DNA of 64,000 nt from Lachnoclostridium sp. (GCA_023665475.1 JAMPEB010000006.1:30607-94606); one strand, 5' to 3'; shown: positions 29,774-40,354, counted from the stretch's first letter. Notes: generated from the letters alone by a model not told the origin. Numbers and translations: made by a program.

Positions 29774-31555
29774 ATGAACATGAAATTTTGTGAAGATATA
29801 CCGGAATATGCTGACGGGGACGCGGCCTGTAAGGATGGGCGTAAGGAAAGGGTAGCGGAAATGGCAGGAAAGATCAATAGGATATGTCAAAAGCTGGTGA
29901 GGTATCTTGGAATCTTGTTTGTGGGGTATTTGTTTTTGCAGGGTTTATTTACTATGTGCTGTATTCAACGGGTCAATGAAAGGGTGTATTTTATAAGAAA
30001 TCATGCACTGCCGCAGTTGGCGGGCATTGTTTTATTTTTTCTTATGACCCTGTTTTTGGTTAACAGTAAACGCTGTCTTCATTTTTTGGGAAAATACGAA
30101 AATGCGCTGATAGCGGGAGTAGGCATATTGCTGTTGGTTTTTTTGGCATGGTGGATTGCGAACACAAGATTCTGGTATGACAGCGATATGGAAAAAATCT
30201 ATCAGTATGCAGGCTTGATGCTGGGAGGAGATTACAGCGGATGGATGAAGGGCGGATATTTGTATATGTATCCTCATCAAAACGGTCTGCTTCTGTTTGT
30301 GGCATTCCTGCTTTGTTTCTTATCTGTGGACGGGTCGTTTGCAGCGTTATATTATATCAATGTTTTCTTTTATATCATTACGATTATGTCCCTTTGTTTC
30401 TGCCTGAGGACGGTATATGCGGACAAAAGCGCAAGATGCATCCAGAGCATTATGCTGATCTGCTTCCTGCCCTATAGTTTTTTCTGCCTGATGCTATATG
30501 GCAATGTCATCGGATTTGGCTTTGCCTGTGCGGCAATGGCGGCAATGTTCGCCTATTTGAAAAATGCTAAGGCTGGCTGGCTTGGCGTTTCCGCCCTGTG
30601 CATGGCAGCAGCGATAATTTTCAAGCAGAACGAGCTGATTGTTTTTGTGGGATTGGTGATATTGCTGATATTTGAATGTCTTATGTCTGTGGAAAACAGG
30701 AGGAAAAAGGCAGTTTTGTCGTTAGTTTATATGGCAGTGGTGCTTTTGGGGGTCAAAACCCCCGACCTTATCATAAAAGGCATTACGGGAATTGAAGTGG
30801 AAGGGGGGAGCAGCAGATTTTCCCATCTTGCCATGGGGCTGCAATATTCGGACGAGGGAGCGCCGGGATGGTATAACGGTTTTAACGCCAATGTTTTTGA
30901 GGCGGTGGGATATGATACCGAGGCGTCCGCAGAGGTGGCGAAAACTGCTTTGCGGGAGTCTTGGACGGATTTTATGAAAAATCCCCGGAAAGCGTGGAAA
31001 TTTTTTAATGCGAAATTGGCGTCGGAGTGGAATAATCCTACTTTTGAGTGTTTTAATATACAAAATTCGAGGAATACGGGGCTGGAATTGAGCAGTTTTG
31101 TGAAATCCACCATTAACGACGGAGGGAAAGTCAATATTCTGCTCACTTATCTTATGGATGTGGGACAGTCCGTGTTATTGTTCGGCATTCTCATGTATCT
31201 GATTGCGTCGGATAAAATGGATTGGAAGGAGCTTCTGCCGCTTATCCTGTTTATAGGCGGAATGATATTCTTTGCGTTCTGGGAGGCGAAAAGCCAGTAT
31301 GTGCTGCCGTTTTTCCTGCTGTTAGTGCCCTATGCCTTTCCCGGATACCAAAAACTGACTGAAGCGGTAAAACATCCAAAGGCGGGACATAAGAAACTGT
31401 TTGCGGGCATGGCGGTGACGGGGGCATTGATTCTGCTGATCGCAATTTCGGACGGACAGTGGGTACATGACAGTTTTAAAATTGATAAGGATACGGAAAA
31501 GTATTATGAATATATTCACATGTACAATAAAAACTTTGAAAACTTGAGATTCTAG
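29774..31555 (+). CDS. Large polytopic membrane protein with a C-terminal soluble domain (GT-C glycosyltransferase-like, inferred)
   Basis: 593 aa with many TM helices (…YPHQNGLLLFVAFLLCFL…). Architecture similar to the 7512..9209 protein. Start uncertain (alternative ATG near 29861). Confidence 0.55.
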   Translation: MNMKFCEDIPEYADGDAACKDGRKERVAEMAGKINRICQKLVRYLGILFVGYLFLQGLFTMCCIQRVNERVYFIRNHALPQLAGIVLFFLMTLFLVNSKRCLHFLGKYENALIAGVGILLLVFLAWWIANTRFWYDSDMEKIYQYAGLMLGGDYSGWMKGGYLYMYPHQNGLLLFVAFLLCFLSVDGSFAALYYINVFFYIITIMSLCFCLRTVYADKSARCIQSIMLICFLPYSFFCLMLYGNVIGFGFACAAMAAMFAYLKNAKAGWLGVSALCMAAAIIFKQNELIVFVGLVILLIFECLMSVENRRKKAVLSLVYMAVVLLGVKTPDLIIKGITGIEVEGGSSRFSHLAMGLQYSDEGAPGWYNGFNANVFEAVGYDTEASAEVAKTALRESWTDFMKNPRKAWKFFNAKLASEWNNPTFECFNIQNSRNTGLELSSFVKSTINDGGKVNILLTYLMDVGQSVLLFGILMYLIASDKMDWKELLPLILFIGGMIFFAFWEAKSQYVLPFFLLLVPYAFPGYQKLTEAVKHPKAGHKKLFAGMAVTGALILLIAISDGQWVHDSFKIDKDTEKYYEYIHMYNKNFENLRF

Positions 31556-31622
31556 GCAATACAGGAAACGGGGACCGATGCAAAATATTTTGGAAAAGCG
31601 GCCGGGCAAAGGAGGGAGCTGC

Positions 31623-32774
31623 ATGCATAATGGGAATAAAAAATGGCTGTTTGGAGGTATTGCAGCAGCAGTTGTCTGCCTGTGCTCGGTGATATATATT
31701 TATGTAAAAATTTCTGGTTTGGAAGAACAGGACATATCCGATTATCAAAGACCTCAGGAAAACGCATACATACAAGAGCACTTTACAGAGCAGGAAAGCT
31801 CCGGCGTTCAGGCAAGTGACGGCACACAGAAAGACTTGGATATGCAGGAGAGCATCAGCAATCAGGAAAACTCCGAAACACAGGAAAGTCCTGCCGCGCA
31901 GGAAAATCCTGAGGTATTGACAGACCAACAGCTTTCGGAGCCGGAGCAGTCAGACGGCAAGGTGTCGGAGTATGACGACGAGCGCATTGACACAATAACC
32001 CCCATCAGCACGGAAATGATGGATCAAAAGAAAGTCGGCGACTATATCTATTTCAGATATATGATAGAAAGTATTTATAGCCGGCATACTTGTACTTATC
32101 CTGCATTATTCCGCTGTAAAGAGGGAGATACGATTGCGGAGCGTATGACCGAGGACGCCTGTTTTCATTTTGAAGCGGTAGGGGACTGCGTGTATTATGT
32201 AGACTCCTGTGTTCTGGCGTATCCGGACCACGGAATCTTATATCTTATAAATCCGGACGGAAGCGCCCAAATATTGGACGATGAATTGTATGATTTTCAA
32301 ATTGTGGACGAGCAATATATTTATTATACTTATTGTCATGATACGGTTGGAGTGGGGATTGATGGACACGCCCTGCAGAGAATGAATCTGGACGGCAGCG
32401 ATAAAATGATAGCGGCATGGGAAGTAACCTTCTGCGAATCTCCGGGAACCGCTGCCGGCAAAAGCCCAAGCCATTTCAATATTAAAGTGGAAGACGGCTG
32501 GGCGGATTACGGGGATTTCAAAATGGAGCTTGGTGCGCCGGCGGACGGCACTGAAAAACTGGTTTGTAATGAGATAGGGGACAATGATTATATTTATTAT
32601 GTGACGAATCGGCTGATGAAGGCGAGAAGGGACGGTTCGGAAAGAGTGGAATTAGACGGCACATGCGATTATTACTATCAAATAGAAAAGATAGAGGATG
32701 ACTGGATTTATTACAGAAAGGGCGGGATGCCCTATAAAATCCGCACGGACGGCACAGGAAAGACTTCGCAATGA
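31623..32774 (+). CDS. Membrane-anchored protein with DUF5050-like beta-propeller repeats
   Basis: N-terminal TM helix, an acidic low-complexity linker, then repeated DxIYY/YYV motifs (DYIYFRY, CVYYVDS, YIYYTY, DYIYYVTN, DWIYYRKGG). Start chosen at MHNGNKKW. Confidence 0.55.
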   Translation: MHNGNKKWLFGGIAAAVVCLCSVIYIYVKISGLEEQDISDYQRPQENAYIQEHFTEQESSGVQASDGTQKDLDMQESISNQENSETQESPAAQENPEVLTDQQLSEPEQSDGKVSEYDDERIDTITPISTEMMDQKKVGDYIYFRYMIESIYSRHTCTYPALFRCKEGDTIAERMTEDACFHFEAVGDCVYYVDSCVLAYPDHGILYLINPDGSAQILDDELYDFQIVDEQYIYYTYCHDTVGVGIDGHALQRMNLDGSDKMIAAWEVTFCESPGTAAGKSPSHFNIKVEDGWADYGDFKMELGAPADGTEKLVCNEIGDNDYIYYVTNRLMKARRDGSERVELDGTCDYYYQIEKIEDDWIYYRKGGMPYKIRTDGTGKTSQ

Positions 32775-32785
32775 AACTGCCCGCA

Positions 32786-33134
32786 TTGAAATCCGGCGGC
32801 GCGCATGGTATAATAATTCTGCTATCGCAGAATGCAAGTCAGCTAGCGCTGCCTTGCCCTCACAAAGCATAGGGACGCTTTGTGAGGCATTATACGAAAA
32901 TCCACTGCTTGAAAAGTAAATGCCCCTGCGGGGCGCTTCCTTTTCTGCGCTTGTGGTATAATGATTCTGCTATCGCAGAATGCAAGTCAGCTTGCGCTGC
33001 CTTGTCGCCGCGACGCGGCGCATTATACAGGTATCCATGGCTTGAAAATCAAATGTCTGCTGCGCAGCCGCTTGATTTTCCGCGCGCATGGTATAATGAT
33101 TCTGCTATACAGAGTTTGCAAAGGAGATTGGAAA
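32786..33134 (+). repeat. Tandem array of about 2.5 family-C units (each about 135-148 bp), extended -10 promoter followed by a 5' hairpin
   Basis: Unit starts: TTGAAA-17-TGgTATAAT at 32786..32814; TGgTATAAT at 32954..32962 and 33089..33097. Each is followed by ATTCTGC-TATC-GCAGAAT and GCAAGTCAGCTTGCGCTGCC. Units end with a small hairpin plus a T-rich tract. Confidence 0.75.
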
Positions 33135-33704
33135 GTGGAAGAGAGAGAGGAAAGAACTGCGGAGGGCTTTGTCTTTTATACAAAAAAGGATGCGGAACTT
33201 GCTACGCAGGAACAAAAGAAAATAGAATATCTTCAGGCGCGCATGAATTATTCCAATCCTGAGAGTATACTGCGCATTTACGAAAAGGCGCTGGAAGAGA
33301 AACTGTTTAAGACTCCGGTGGGACTCGGATTTTTAAAGGATACGCAGAAATTTCTGGTGCGGAGCGGTACGATAACGCAGGAGGAGATTCCACCCATTTC
33401 CCTCCATGTGTTTTTTGATGACGAAATACGGGAGCAGGCAAATCCGGCAAGGCGCAGGGTGCAGCCTGCGGGACAGGCGGAAGGGAAAAAGTTTCCGGCG
33501 CTTCCCGTTTCCGTTATACTGAATATTGTACTGGTTCTTGCCGTGATTGCCATGTTTTGGATTGCCTTGGGGGCAGGACAGCCCAACATTTTAAATTATG
33601 AGAATGTGCTGGTCAATAAGTATGCGCAGTGGGAGCAGGAACTGACCCAGAGGGAGCAGGCGGTAAGAGAAAAGGAATTGGAGCTTTCCATTGGAACTCC
33701 TTAG
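33135..33704 (+). CDS. Hypothetical protein (soluble N-domain, TM helix, C-terminal coiled coil)
   Basis: GTG start with the RBS AAGGAG 8 nt upstream. The longer track ORF (32961) extends back into the tandem repeat array and is rejected. Confidence 0.5.
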   Translation: MEEREERTAEGFVFYTKKDAELATQEQKKIEYLQARMNYSNPESILRIYEKALEEKLFKTPVGLGFLKDTQKFLVRSGTITQEEIPPISLHVFFDDEIREQANPARRRVQPAGQAEGKKFPALPVSVILNIVLVLAVIAMFWIALGAGQPNILNYENVLVNKYAQWEQELTQREQAVREKELELSIGTP

Positions 33705-33875
33705 TTCCATGGAAATTCTTAGTTCCATTGGAAACTAGAGTTGCAATTTAGGTTCACATAAGTTATCATAAATTAGGTAATTGCGAAACGCATGTTTTTG
33801 TAGAGTGTCGCAAACGCCCGGTTATCATAAATAAGATGGAGGAAAAGACTGAAAAACAGTCCGATAAAAACAATT

Positions 33876-34262
33876 ATGGAAATGATACAACATATGGTGA
33901 TAGCACTTTTTTGTTTTGGACCGCCGCTTATTTTCATATTGGTCATGTTGGCGGCAAGAAGTAAATATAAAAACAAGTCGGGTGCGGGAGCGTTTTTCTT
34001 TGAAAATGACTGTCTTGTGCTGAACACGGGAATGCCCTATGAGATTCCCTTCAGTGAAATAGAATGTGTGGAGCTTCACTATAGTAACTGGGAGTTGGAA
34101 CATCGTTATTCCTATAGCTTAAGGGTAAAAGTGATCAAAAAAAGCGGGCAGACCAAGAGTGTGTTTTATAAAGGTTATAGAACAGCCAAATTGGCGCTGC
34201 CGTCTGATATGGAAGCCGCTTTACAGGAAAACGGAATCCGATGTGTCATGGCAGGGAAGTAA
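33876..34262 (+). CDS. Small membrane protein, hypothetical
   Basis: 128-aa ORF with one TM helix. Weak RBS; the start is uncertain (alternative ATG at 33894). Confidence 0.45.
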   Translation: MEMIQHMVIALFCFGPPLIFILVMLAARSKYKNKSGAGAFFFENDCLVLNTGMPYEIPFSEIECVELHYSNWELEHRYSYSLRVKVIKKSGQTKSVFYKGYRTAKLALPSDMEAALQENGIRCVMAGK

Positions 34263-34396
34263 AATTCCCCGGAAGTAAACTTCCCCGGAAATGAATTTCC
34301 CCATCATAAAAAATTACCCGGTATGAAGGAAAATAGAAATCACGCAAGTTAAGAATATAAAAGAAATTTAAGAAGGACAAGAAAGGATGTGTCGGT

Positions 34397-35482
34397 ATGG
34401 AGTTAAAGATTACCTGTATTCCCGGCGACGGAATCGGACCGGAGATTGTGGCAGAGGCAAAAAAGGTATTGGAGAAGGTTGCCGATGTATACGGACATCA
34501 AATGGTTTTTACGGATATTCTTATGGGAGGCGCTTCCATTGATGTACATGGAGTGCCGCTTACGGAGGAAGCGGTTGAAACAGCAAAAGCGGCGGACGCA
34601 GTGTTGATGGGGTCCATCGGCGGCGATACCACCACTTCCCCATGGTACAAGCTCGCGCCCAATCTGCGCCCCGAGGCGGGACTTTTAGCTATCAGAAAGG
34701 CATTGAATTTATTTGCGAATTTGAGACCGGCAGTTTTGTATGATGAGCTTGCCGGAGCCTGTCCCCTGAAAGAAGAAATCAGCCGCGCAGGTTTTGATAT
34801 GATGATTATGCGGGAACTCACGGGAGGACTTTATTTCGGCGAACGCAAAACAATAGAGGAAAACGGAGTAAAGAAAGCCATTGATACTCTGACCTATGAC
34901 GAGAATGAGATTCGCAGGATTGCCATAAAGGGTTTTGACATTGCCATGAAGCGTAGGAAGAAAGTTACCAGCGTGGACAAAGCGAATGTGCTGGATTCCT
35001 CAAGGCTTTGGAGACAGGTAGTGGAAGAGGTTGCAAAGGATTATCCCGAGGTTACGCTGGAACATATGCTGGTGGATAACTGCGCCATGCAGTTGGTGAA
35101 AAATCCCGCGCAGTTTGATGTGATTCTCACGGAAAATATGTTTGGCGATATTTTGTCCGACGAGGCGAGTATGGTGACGGGTTCCATCGGAATGCTGGCA
35201 AGCGCAAGTTTAAATGACAGCAAATTCGGGTTGTATGAGCCAAGCCACGGTTCGGCTCCCGATATAGCGGGAAAGGATATTGCCAATCCCATTGCCACTG
35301 TTTTGAGCGCATCCATGATGTTACGCTACAGTTTTGATTTGGATAAGGAGGCGGATGCGGTAGAAAGAGCGGTAAAACAGGTGCTAAAGGACGGATACCG
35401 CACCATAGATATCATGTCCGAAGGCTGTACACAGGTGGGATGTTCCCAAATGGGTGATTTACTGGCAGAGCGTATCTGTTGA
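34397..35482 (+). CDS. leuB: 3-isopropylmalate dehydrogenase
   Basis: [18 protein letters not shown]... with [13 protein letters not shown], typical LeuB. Confidence 0.95.
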   Translation: MELKITCIPGDGIGPEIVAEAKKVLEKVADVYGHQMVFTDILMGGASIDVHGVPLTEEAVETAKAADAVLMGSIGGDTTTSPWYKLAPNLRPEAGLLAIRKALNLFANLRPAVLYDELAGACPLKEEISRAGFDMMIMRELTGGLYFGERKTIEENGVKKAIDTLTYDENEIRRIAIKGFDIAMKRRKKVTSVDKANVLDSSRLWRQVVEEVAKDYPEVTLEHMLVDNCAMQLVKNPAQFDVILTENMFGDILSDEASMVTGSIGMLASASLNDSKFGLYEPSHGSAPDIAGKDIANPIATVLSASMMLRYSFDLDKEADAVERAVKQVLKDGYRTIDIMSEGCTQVGCSQMGDLLAERIC

Positions 35483-35544
35483 AATAAAAAACAATAACAA
35501 TCAAGAAATAATAGCTAAGATAAGAGAGAAAGAGGGAAAAAACC

Positions 35545-37212
35545 ATGAAAAGTGATTCCGTAAAGGTAGGGGCTGCACAGGCGCCTCACAGAAGTCTTTT
35601 TAATGCATTGGGGTATACGGAGGAGGAACGCCGCCGTCCCATGATAGGTATTGTAAGTTCTTACAATGAGATTGTTCCCGGACATATGAATCTGGACAAA
35701 ATCGTGGAAGCTGTCAAGATGGGCGTTGCCATGGCAGGAGGCATGCCGGTGGTATTTCCCGCCATTGCCGTATGCGACGGCATTGCCATGGGGCATGTGG
35801 GAATGAAGTATTCTCTGGTAACAAGGGATTTGATAGCGGACAGTACGGAGTGTATGGCGGTAGCGCACGGCTTTGACGGTCTGGTATGCGTGCCCAACTG
35901 TGACAAAAATGTTCCCGGACTTTTGATGGCGGCTGCAAGATTAAACATTCCCACTATTTTTGTGTCGGGAGGTCCCATGTTGGCAGGACGGGTACATGGC
36001 CAAAAGAGAAGCCTTTCTTCCATGTTTGAGGCAGTGGGAAGCGTTGCGGCAGGCACTATGACCATGGAGGAGCTTACGGAATTTGAAGAAAAGGTATGTC
36101 CGACCTGCGGTTCCTGTTCAGGCATGTATACTGCCAATTCCATGAACTGCCTGACAGAGGCGATCGGTATGGGACTTAGGGGAAACGGAACGATTCCCGC
36201 CGTTTACTCCGAGCGTATCCGCCTTGCAAAGCATGCAGGCATGAAGATTATGGAGCTTGTGGAAAAAGATATTAAACCGAGGGATATTATGACGCCGGAG
36301 GCGTTTCAGAATGCGCTCACCGTGGACATGGCCCTCGGATGTTCCACCAACTCCATGCTGCATCTTCCGGCGATTGCCAGAGAAGCGGGCGTGGAGCTGA
36401 ATCTGGACATGGCAAATGAACTTTCCGCAAAGACTCCGAACCTGTGCCATCTGGCTCCTGCGGGTCCTACTTACATAGAGGATTTGAACGAGGCGGGAGG
36501 CGTCTATGCGGTGATGAACGAGTTGACAAAGAAGAATTTACTGAATTTGGACTGCATGACGGTTAACGGAACAACTATCGGTGAAAATATCAAGGATTGT
36601 ATCAATAAGAATCCGGAGGTTATCCGCCCCGTGGAGAATCCTTATTCCGAGACCGGCGGCATTGCCATTTTAAGAGGAAATCTGGCGCCGGACAGCGGTG
36701 TGGTGAAGCGTTCCGCAGTGGTGCCTGAAATGCTGGTACATGAGGGTCCTGCGAGAGTATTTGACTGTGAAGAGGACGCTATTGAGGCGATTAAAGGCGG
36801 CAAAATCGTTGCCGGAGATGTGGTGGTCATCCGCTATGAGGGACCGAAAGGCGGTCCGGGTATGAGAGAGATGTTGAATCCCACCTCGGCTATTGCCGGC
36901 ATGGGGCTTGGTTCCAGCGTTGCACTGATTACGGACGGGCGTTTTTCCGGTGCGTCCAGAGGGGCGTCCATCGGACATGTGTCTCCGGAAGCGGCAGTGG
37001 GCGGTCCCATTGCGCTGGTGGAAGAGGGAGATATCATCAGCATCAATATTCCCGAAAACAAGCTGGATGTATTGGTGTCCGATGAAGTTTTGGATGAGAG
37101 ACGCGCAAAATGGCAGCCCAGAGAGCCGCAGATTACCACCGGCTATCTGTCCCGCTACAGGGAGATGGTTACAAGCGGCAATACCGGTGCGGTTCTCGAG
37201 ATAAAGCACTAA
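35545..37212 (+). CDS. ilvD: Dihydroxy-acid dehydratase
   Basis: ...CDKNVPG..., [16 protein letters not shown] (Fe-S ligands) and SGGPM; 555 aa. Confidence 0.95.
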   Translation: MKSDSVKVGAAQAPHRSLFNALGYTEEERRRPMIGIVSSYNEIVPGHMNLDKIVEAVKMGVAMAGGMPVVFPAIAVCDGIAMGHVGMKYSLVTRDLIADSTECMAVAHGFDGLVCVPNCDKNVPGLLMAAARLNIPTIFVSGGPMLAGRVHGQKRSLSSMFEAVGSVAAGTMTMEELTEFEEKVCPTCGSCSGMYTANSMNCLTEAIGMGLRGNGTIPAVYSERIRLAKHAGMKIMELVEKDIKPRDIMTPEAFQNALTVDMALGCSTNSMLHLPAIAREAGVELNLDMANELSAKTPNLCHLAPAGPTYIEDLNEAGGVYAVMNELTKKNLLNLDCMTVNGTTIGENIKDCINKNPEVIRPVENPYSETGGIAILRGNLAPDSGVVKRSAVVPEMLVHEGPARVFDCEEDAIEAIKGGKIVAGDVVVIRYEGPKGGPGMREMLNPTSAIAGMGLGSSVALITDGRFSGASRGASIGHVSPEAAVGGPIALVEEGDIISINIPENKLDVLVSDEVLDERRAKWQPREPQITTGYLSRYREMVTSGNTGAVLEIKH

Positions 37213-37232
37213 GTGATGGGAGGACAAAAACA

Positions 37233-38903
37233 ATGCTTTTGAACGGTTCGGAAATCGTTATAGAGTGTTTGAAAGAGCAGGGCGTGGATACGGTGTTTGG
37301 TTATCCGGGCGGCGCTATTTTGAATATTTATGATGCCCTGTATCAACACAGCAATGAAATCAGACATATCCTGACTTCTCATGAACAGGGTGCAGCCCAT
37401 GCGGCTGACGGCTATGCAAGAGCTACCGGCAGGGTGGGAGTCTGCATGGCAACCAGCGGTCCCGGCGCAACCAATCTGGTAACGGGAATCGCCACCGCCT
37501 ACATGGATTCCGTTCCCATGGTGGCGATTACTGCCAATGTGACGCTGCCCCTGCTGGGCAAGGACAGTTTTCAGGAGGTTGATATTGCGGGAGTGACCAT
37601 GCCCATTACCAAGCATGGATATATCGTAAAAAATGTGGAAGACTTGGCGGATACCCTGCGTAAGGCTTTCCATATCGCAATGAGCGGCAGACCCGGTCCT
37701 GTGCTGGTGGATATCACAAAAGATGTGACCGCAGCTTCCTGTGAATTTACGCCCATGGAGCTTCCCGCAAAAGAGCGTGAGAGCAAATACACACAGGAGG
37801 AAATGGAAAAAATTGTGGAATACATCAGCCGCGCAAAGAAGCCCTTTATTTATCTGGGAGGCGGTGCCATTATTTCCGAGGCAACGAAAGAGGTTGCCGA
37901 GCTTGCGGAGCTGATGGACGCCCCGGTCTGCGATACGCTGATGGGAAAAGGCGGATTTGACGGGCGCAGTTCCCGTTATACGGGCATGATAGGCATGCAT
38001 GGCACCAAGGCGTCTAATCTGGGAGTGAGTCAGTGCGATCTGCTTCTCACGCTGGGGGCAAGATTTTCCGACCGTGTTATCGGCAATCCCAAGAAGTTTG
38101 CGGAAGACGCCGTAATTATCCAATTAGACATCGATGCGGCGGAAATCAATAAAAATATCAGGGTGGATGCTTCTCTGGTGGGAGATTTGAAAAAAACGCT
38201 GTCCGATTTGAACTCCAGACTGAAGCAGCAGAACCACAGTGAATGGATGGCACAGATTCGGGAGTTAAAGGAAAAATATCCTTTAAAATATGGGAAGGAC
38301 TCTTTGTCCTGTCCCTATGTGATAGAGGAAATTGACCGCATTACGGGGGGAGATGCAATTATTACTACGGATGTGGGACAGCATCAGATGTGGGCGGCAC
38401 AGTATTATCGATATACCAAGCCCCGCACCTTTTTGTCCTCCGGGGGCTTAGGCACCATGGGCTATGGTCTGGGAGCCTGCATCGGCGCGCAGGTGGGGCA
38501 GCCGGACAAAATCTGCATCAATATTGCGGGGGACGGATGTTTCCGTATGAATATGAACGAACTGGCAACGGCAAGCCGTTACAATGTTCCTATTATACAG
38601 GTAGTTATCAATAACCATGTGTTGGGCATGGTGAGACAGTGGCAGACCTTGTTTTACGGAAAGCGTTATTCCCAGACTGTGTTAAATGACAAGGTGGATT
38701 ACTGTAAAGTGGCGGAGGCGCTGGGCTGCGCTGCAATCCGCGTGTCCACGAAAGAGGAGGTTGCCCCTGCCATTGAGAGAGCGATTGCCCTGAAGGCTCC
38801 CGTGCTGATTGAATGTGTGATTCCGGAGGATGATAAGGTATTCCCCATGGTTCCCGCAGGCGCGCCCATCAGCGAAGTTTTTGACGGGGATGATTTGAAA
38901 TGA
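37233..38903 (+). CDS. ilvB: Acetolactate synthase large subunit
   Basis: MLLNGSEIVIECLKEQGVDTVFGYPGG... with TPP-binding GDG...N motifs. Start placed at the ATG at 37233 (RBS GGGAGGA); the track ORF begins at 37110 inside ilvD. Confidence 0.9.
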   Translation: MLLNGSEIVIECLKEQGVDTVFGYPGGAILNIYDALYQHSNEIRHILTSHEQGAAHAADGYARATGRVGVCMATSGPGATNLVTGIATAYMDSVPMVAITANVTLPLLGKDSFQEVDIAGVTMPITKHGYIVKNVEDLADTLRKAFHIAMSGRPGPVLVDITKDVTAASCEFTPMELPAKERESKYTQEEMEKIVEYISRAKKPFIYLGGGAIISEATKEVAELAELMDAPVCDTLMGKGGFDGRSSRYTGMIGMHGTKASNLGVSQCDLLLTLGARFSDRVIGNPKKFAEDAVIIQLDIDAAEINKNIRVDASLVGDLKKTLSDLNSRLKQQNHSEWMAQIRELKEKYPLKYGKDSLSCPYVIEEIDRITGGDAIITTDVGQHQMWAAQYYRYTKPRTFLSSGGLGTMGYGLGACIGAQVGQPDKICINIAGDGCFRMNMNELATASRYNVPIIQVVINNHVLGMVRQWQTLFYGKRYSQTVLNDKVDYCKVAEALGCAAIRVSTKEEVAPAIERAIALKAPVLIECVIPEDDKVFPMVPAGAPISEVFDGDDLK

Positions 38904-40309
38904 TAAAAAGAAAACTTATCCTTCTGGCAATTTTAATAGGGATGCTTCTGGGATTTTTAGGTTATTTCCTGCTGGCGTTTTACTATCGCAGGGGATTTGG
39001 CTTAAATACATGGATCAACGGTATTTATTGTACGGGAAAATCCGTAGAGGAAGTGAATTCGGAGCTTTTGCGGCAGACAAAGGCTCCGATTATTCAAATT
39101 ACCGATAAAGACGGTAAAACCTATTCTATTGATTTGAAAGACGCCGGATATGAGGCGGATTACCGAACCGCATTGAACCGTTATATGCAGGAGCAGAATC
39201 CTTATTTATGGACGGATTATATCACTCTGCACAGAAATTATAATCTGCAGCCAAATGAAACCTATGATAAGGATGCTTTAAAAGAGCTTTTCTGTCGTCT
39301 GGAGCCGGTGGCGGAGCAGATGAACAGACCCGTGGAATTTTCCTTAAGCCGGAACGAAGAACAGGGCTGGGTTTTAAAGGATGGTTTTCATGACCGCATA
39401 GATGAAAAAAAGGCTTTTGAGGTATTGGTTGAAAAGGTAAATGCCGGCGAGAGGGAGATTTCTCTGGAGGAGCTGGGCGGCTATTATGATCTTCCCTTGA
39501 CGAAGGAGCATGAAAACCTTCAGGCGCTTTATGAGACAGTGGCGGATTTTCAGAAATGGAATGTGATATATGATATGGGAACGGAAGAATTTTTCTGGAG
39601 TCCGGGACAGATGGCATATTTTATCGAAACCGATCCGGAGGGGCTGCCGCTTCTGGACAAAGACGGACAGGTGGTTTTGGATGAGGATGCCGTAAAAGAG
39701 GCTGTGGAGGCATGGGCGGACACCTATGACACCTATGGAAAACCTCATAAGTTTATGAGTACCCGGGGGAAGGAAATACTGATAGACGGAGGCACTTACG
39801 GGAATCTGCTGAATCGGAAAAAGGAGACGGCTTTTCTGACGGACAACCTTTTGAAGGAAGAGCTGCGCACGGGAGAAACACAGTACCATGTGCCGGAATA
39901 TGATAAAATGGCGAGGGTGCAGGGAAAAAACGATATCGGCGACACCTATGTGGAGGTGGATATGACCCTGCAGAAGCTGTACTATTATGAAGAGGGAGAG
40001 CTTTTGATAGAATGTGATATCGTCACTGGGGATATGGCAAAGAAGAGAAGTACGCCGGAAGGTGTGAGTTTTGTCTACAGCAAGGCGAGAAACTGTGTCC
40101 TGAGGGGACGGGATTATGTCAGCCCGGTAAAATATTGGATGCCCATAGACGGAAATATCGGGCTTCACGATGCGGATTGGAGGAGTGAATTCGGCGGCAG
40201 TATCTATTTGGAGGACGGTTCCCACGGTTGTGTCAATATGCCGGATGACGCCATCAAAGAGCTCTATGAGAAAGCAGAAATCGGGCTGCCGGTAATACTG
40301 TTCTATTGA
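38900..40309 (+). CDS. L,D-transpeptidase (YkuD domain) with an N-terminal TM helix and YoaR/VanW-like domains
   Basis: C-terminal ...GLHDADW...SHGCVNMP..., the YkuD catalytic His/Cys motif. N-terminal TM helix. Overlaps the ilvB stop (ATGA). Confidence 0.8.
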   Translation: MIKRKLILLAILIGMLLGFLGYFLLAFYYRRGFGLNTWINGIYCTGKSVEEVNSELLRQTKAPIIQITDKDGKTYSIDLKDAGYEADYRTALNRYMQEQNPYLWTDYITLHRNYNLQPNETYDKDALKELFCRLEPVAEQMNRPVEFSLSRNEEQGWVLKDGFHDRIDEKKAFEVLVEKVNAGEREISLEELGGYYDLPLTKEHENLQALYETVADFQKWNVIYDMGTEEFFWSPGQMAYFIETDPEGLPLLDKDGQVVLDEDAVKEAVEAWADTYDTYGKPHKFMSTRGKEILIDGGTYGNLLNRKKETAFLTDNLLKEELRTGETQYHVPEYDKMARVQGKNDIGDTYVEVDMTLQKLYYYEEGELLIECDIVTGDMAKKRSTPEGVSFVYSKARNCVLRGRDYVSPVKYWMPIDGNIGLHDADWRSEFGGSIYLEDGSHGCVNMPDDAIKELYEKAEIGLPVILFY

Positions 40310-40354
40310 ACAGGTTCTACTGAACAGGTTCTGCTGAATATTTAAAAAATGCAG

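Noticed and set aside
32698-33262. Track ORFs 32698..32919 and 32882..33262, and the 5' part of 32961..33704. Their proteins contain the repeated string WYNDSAIAECKSA...
   Set aside because: These are translations of the family-C tandem DNA repeats (promoter-like units) with no RBS. The real gene most likely starts at the GTG at 33135.
34263-34396. T-box leader upstream of leuB, and riboswitches upstream of serC, ilvA and hemW
   Set aside because: The leaders are too short (about 60-135 nt), and no T-box consensus (…GGTGGTACCGCG…) or recognisable riboswitch core is visible.
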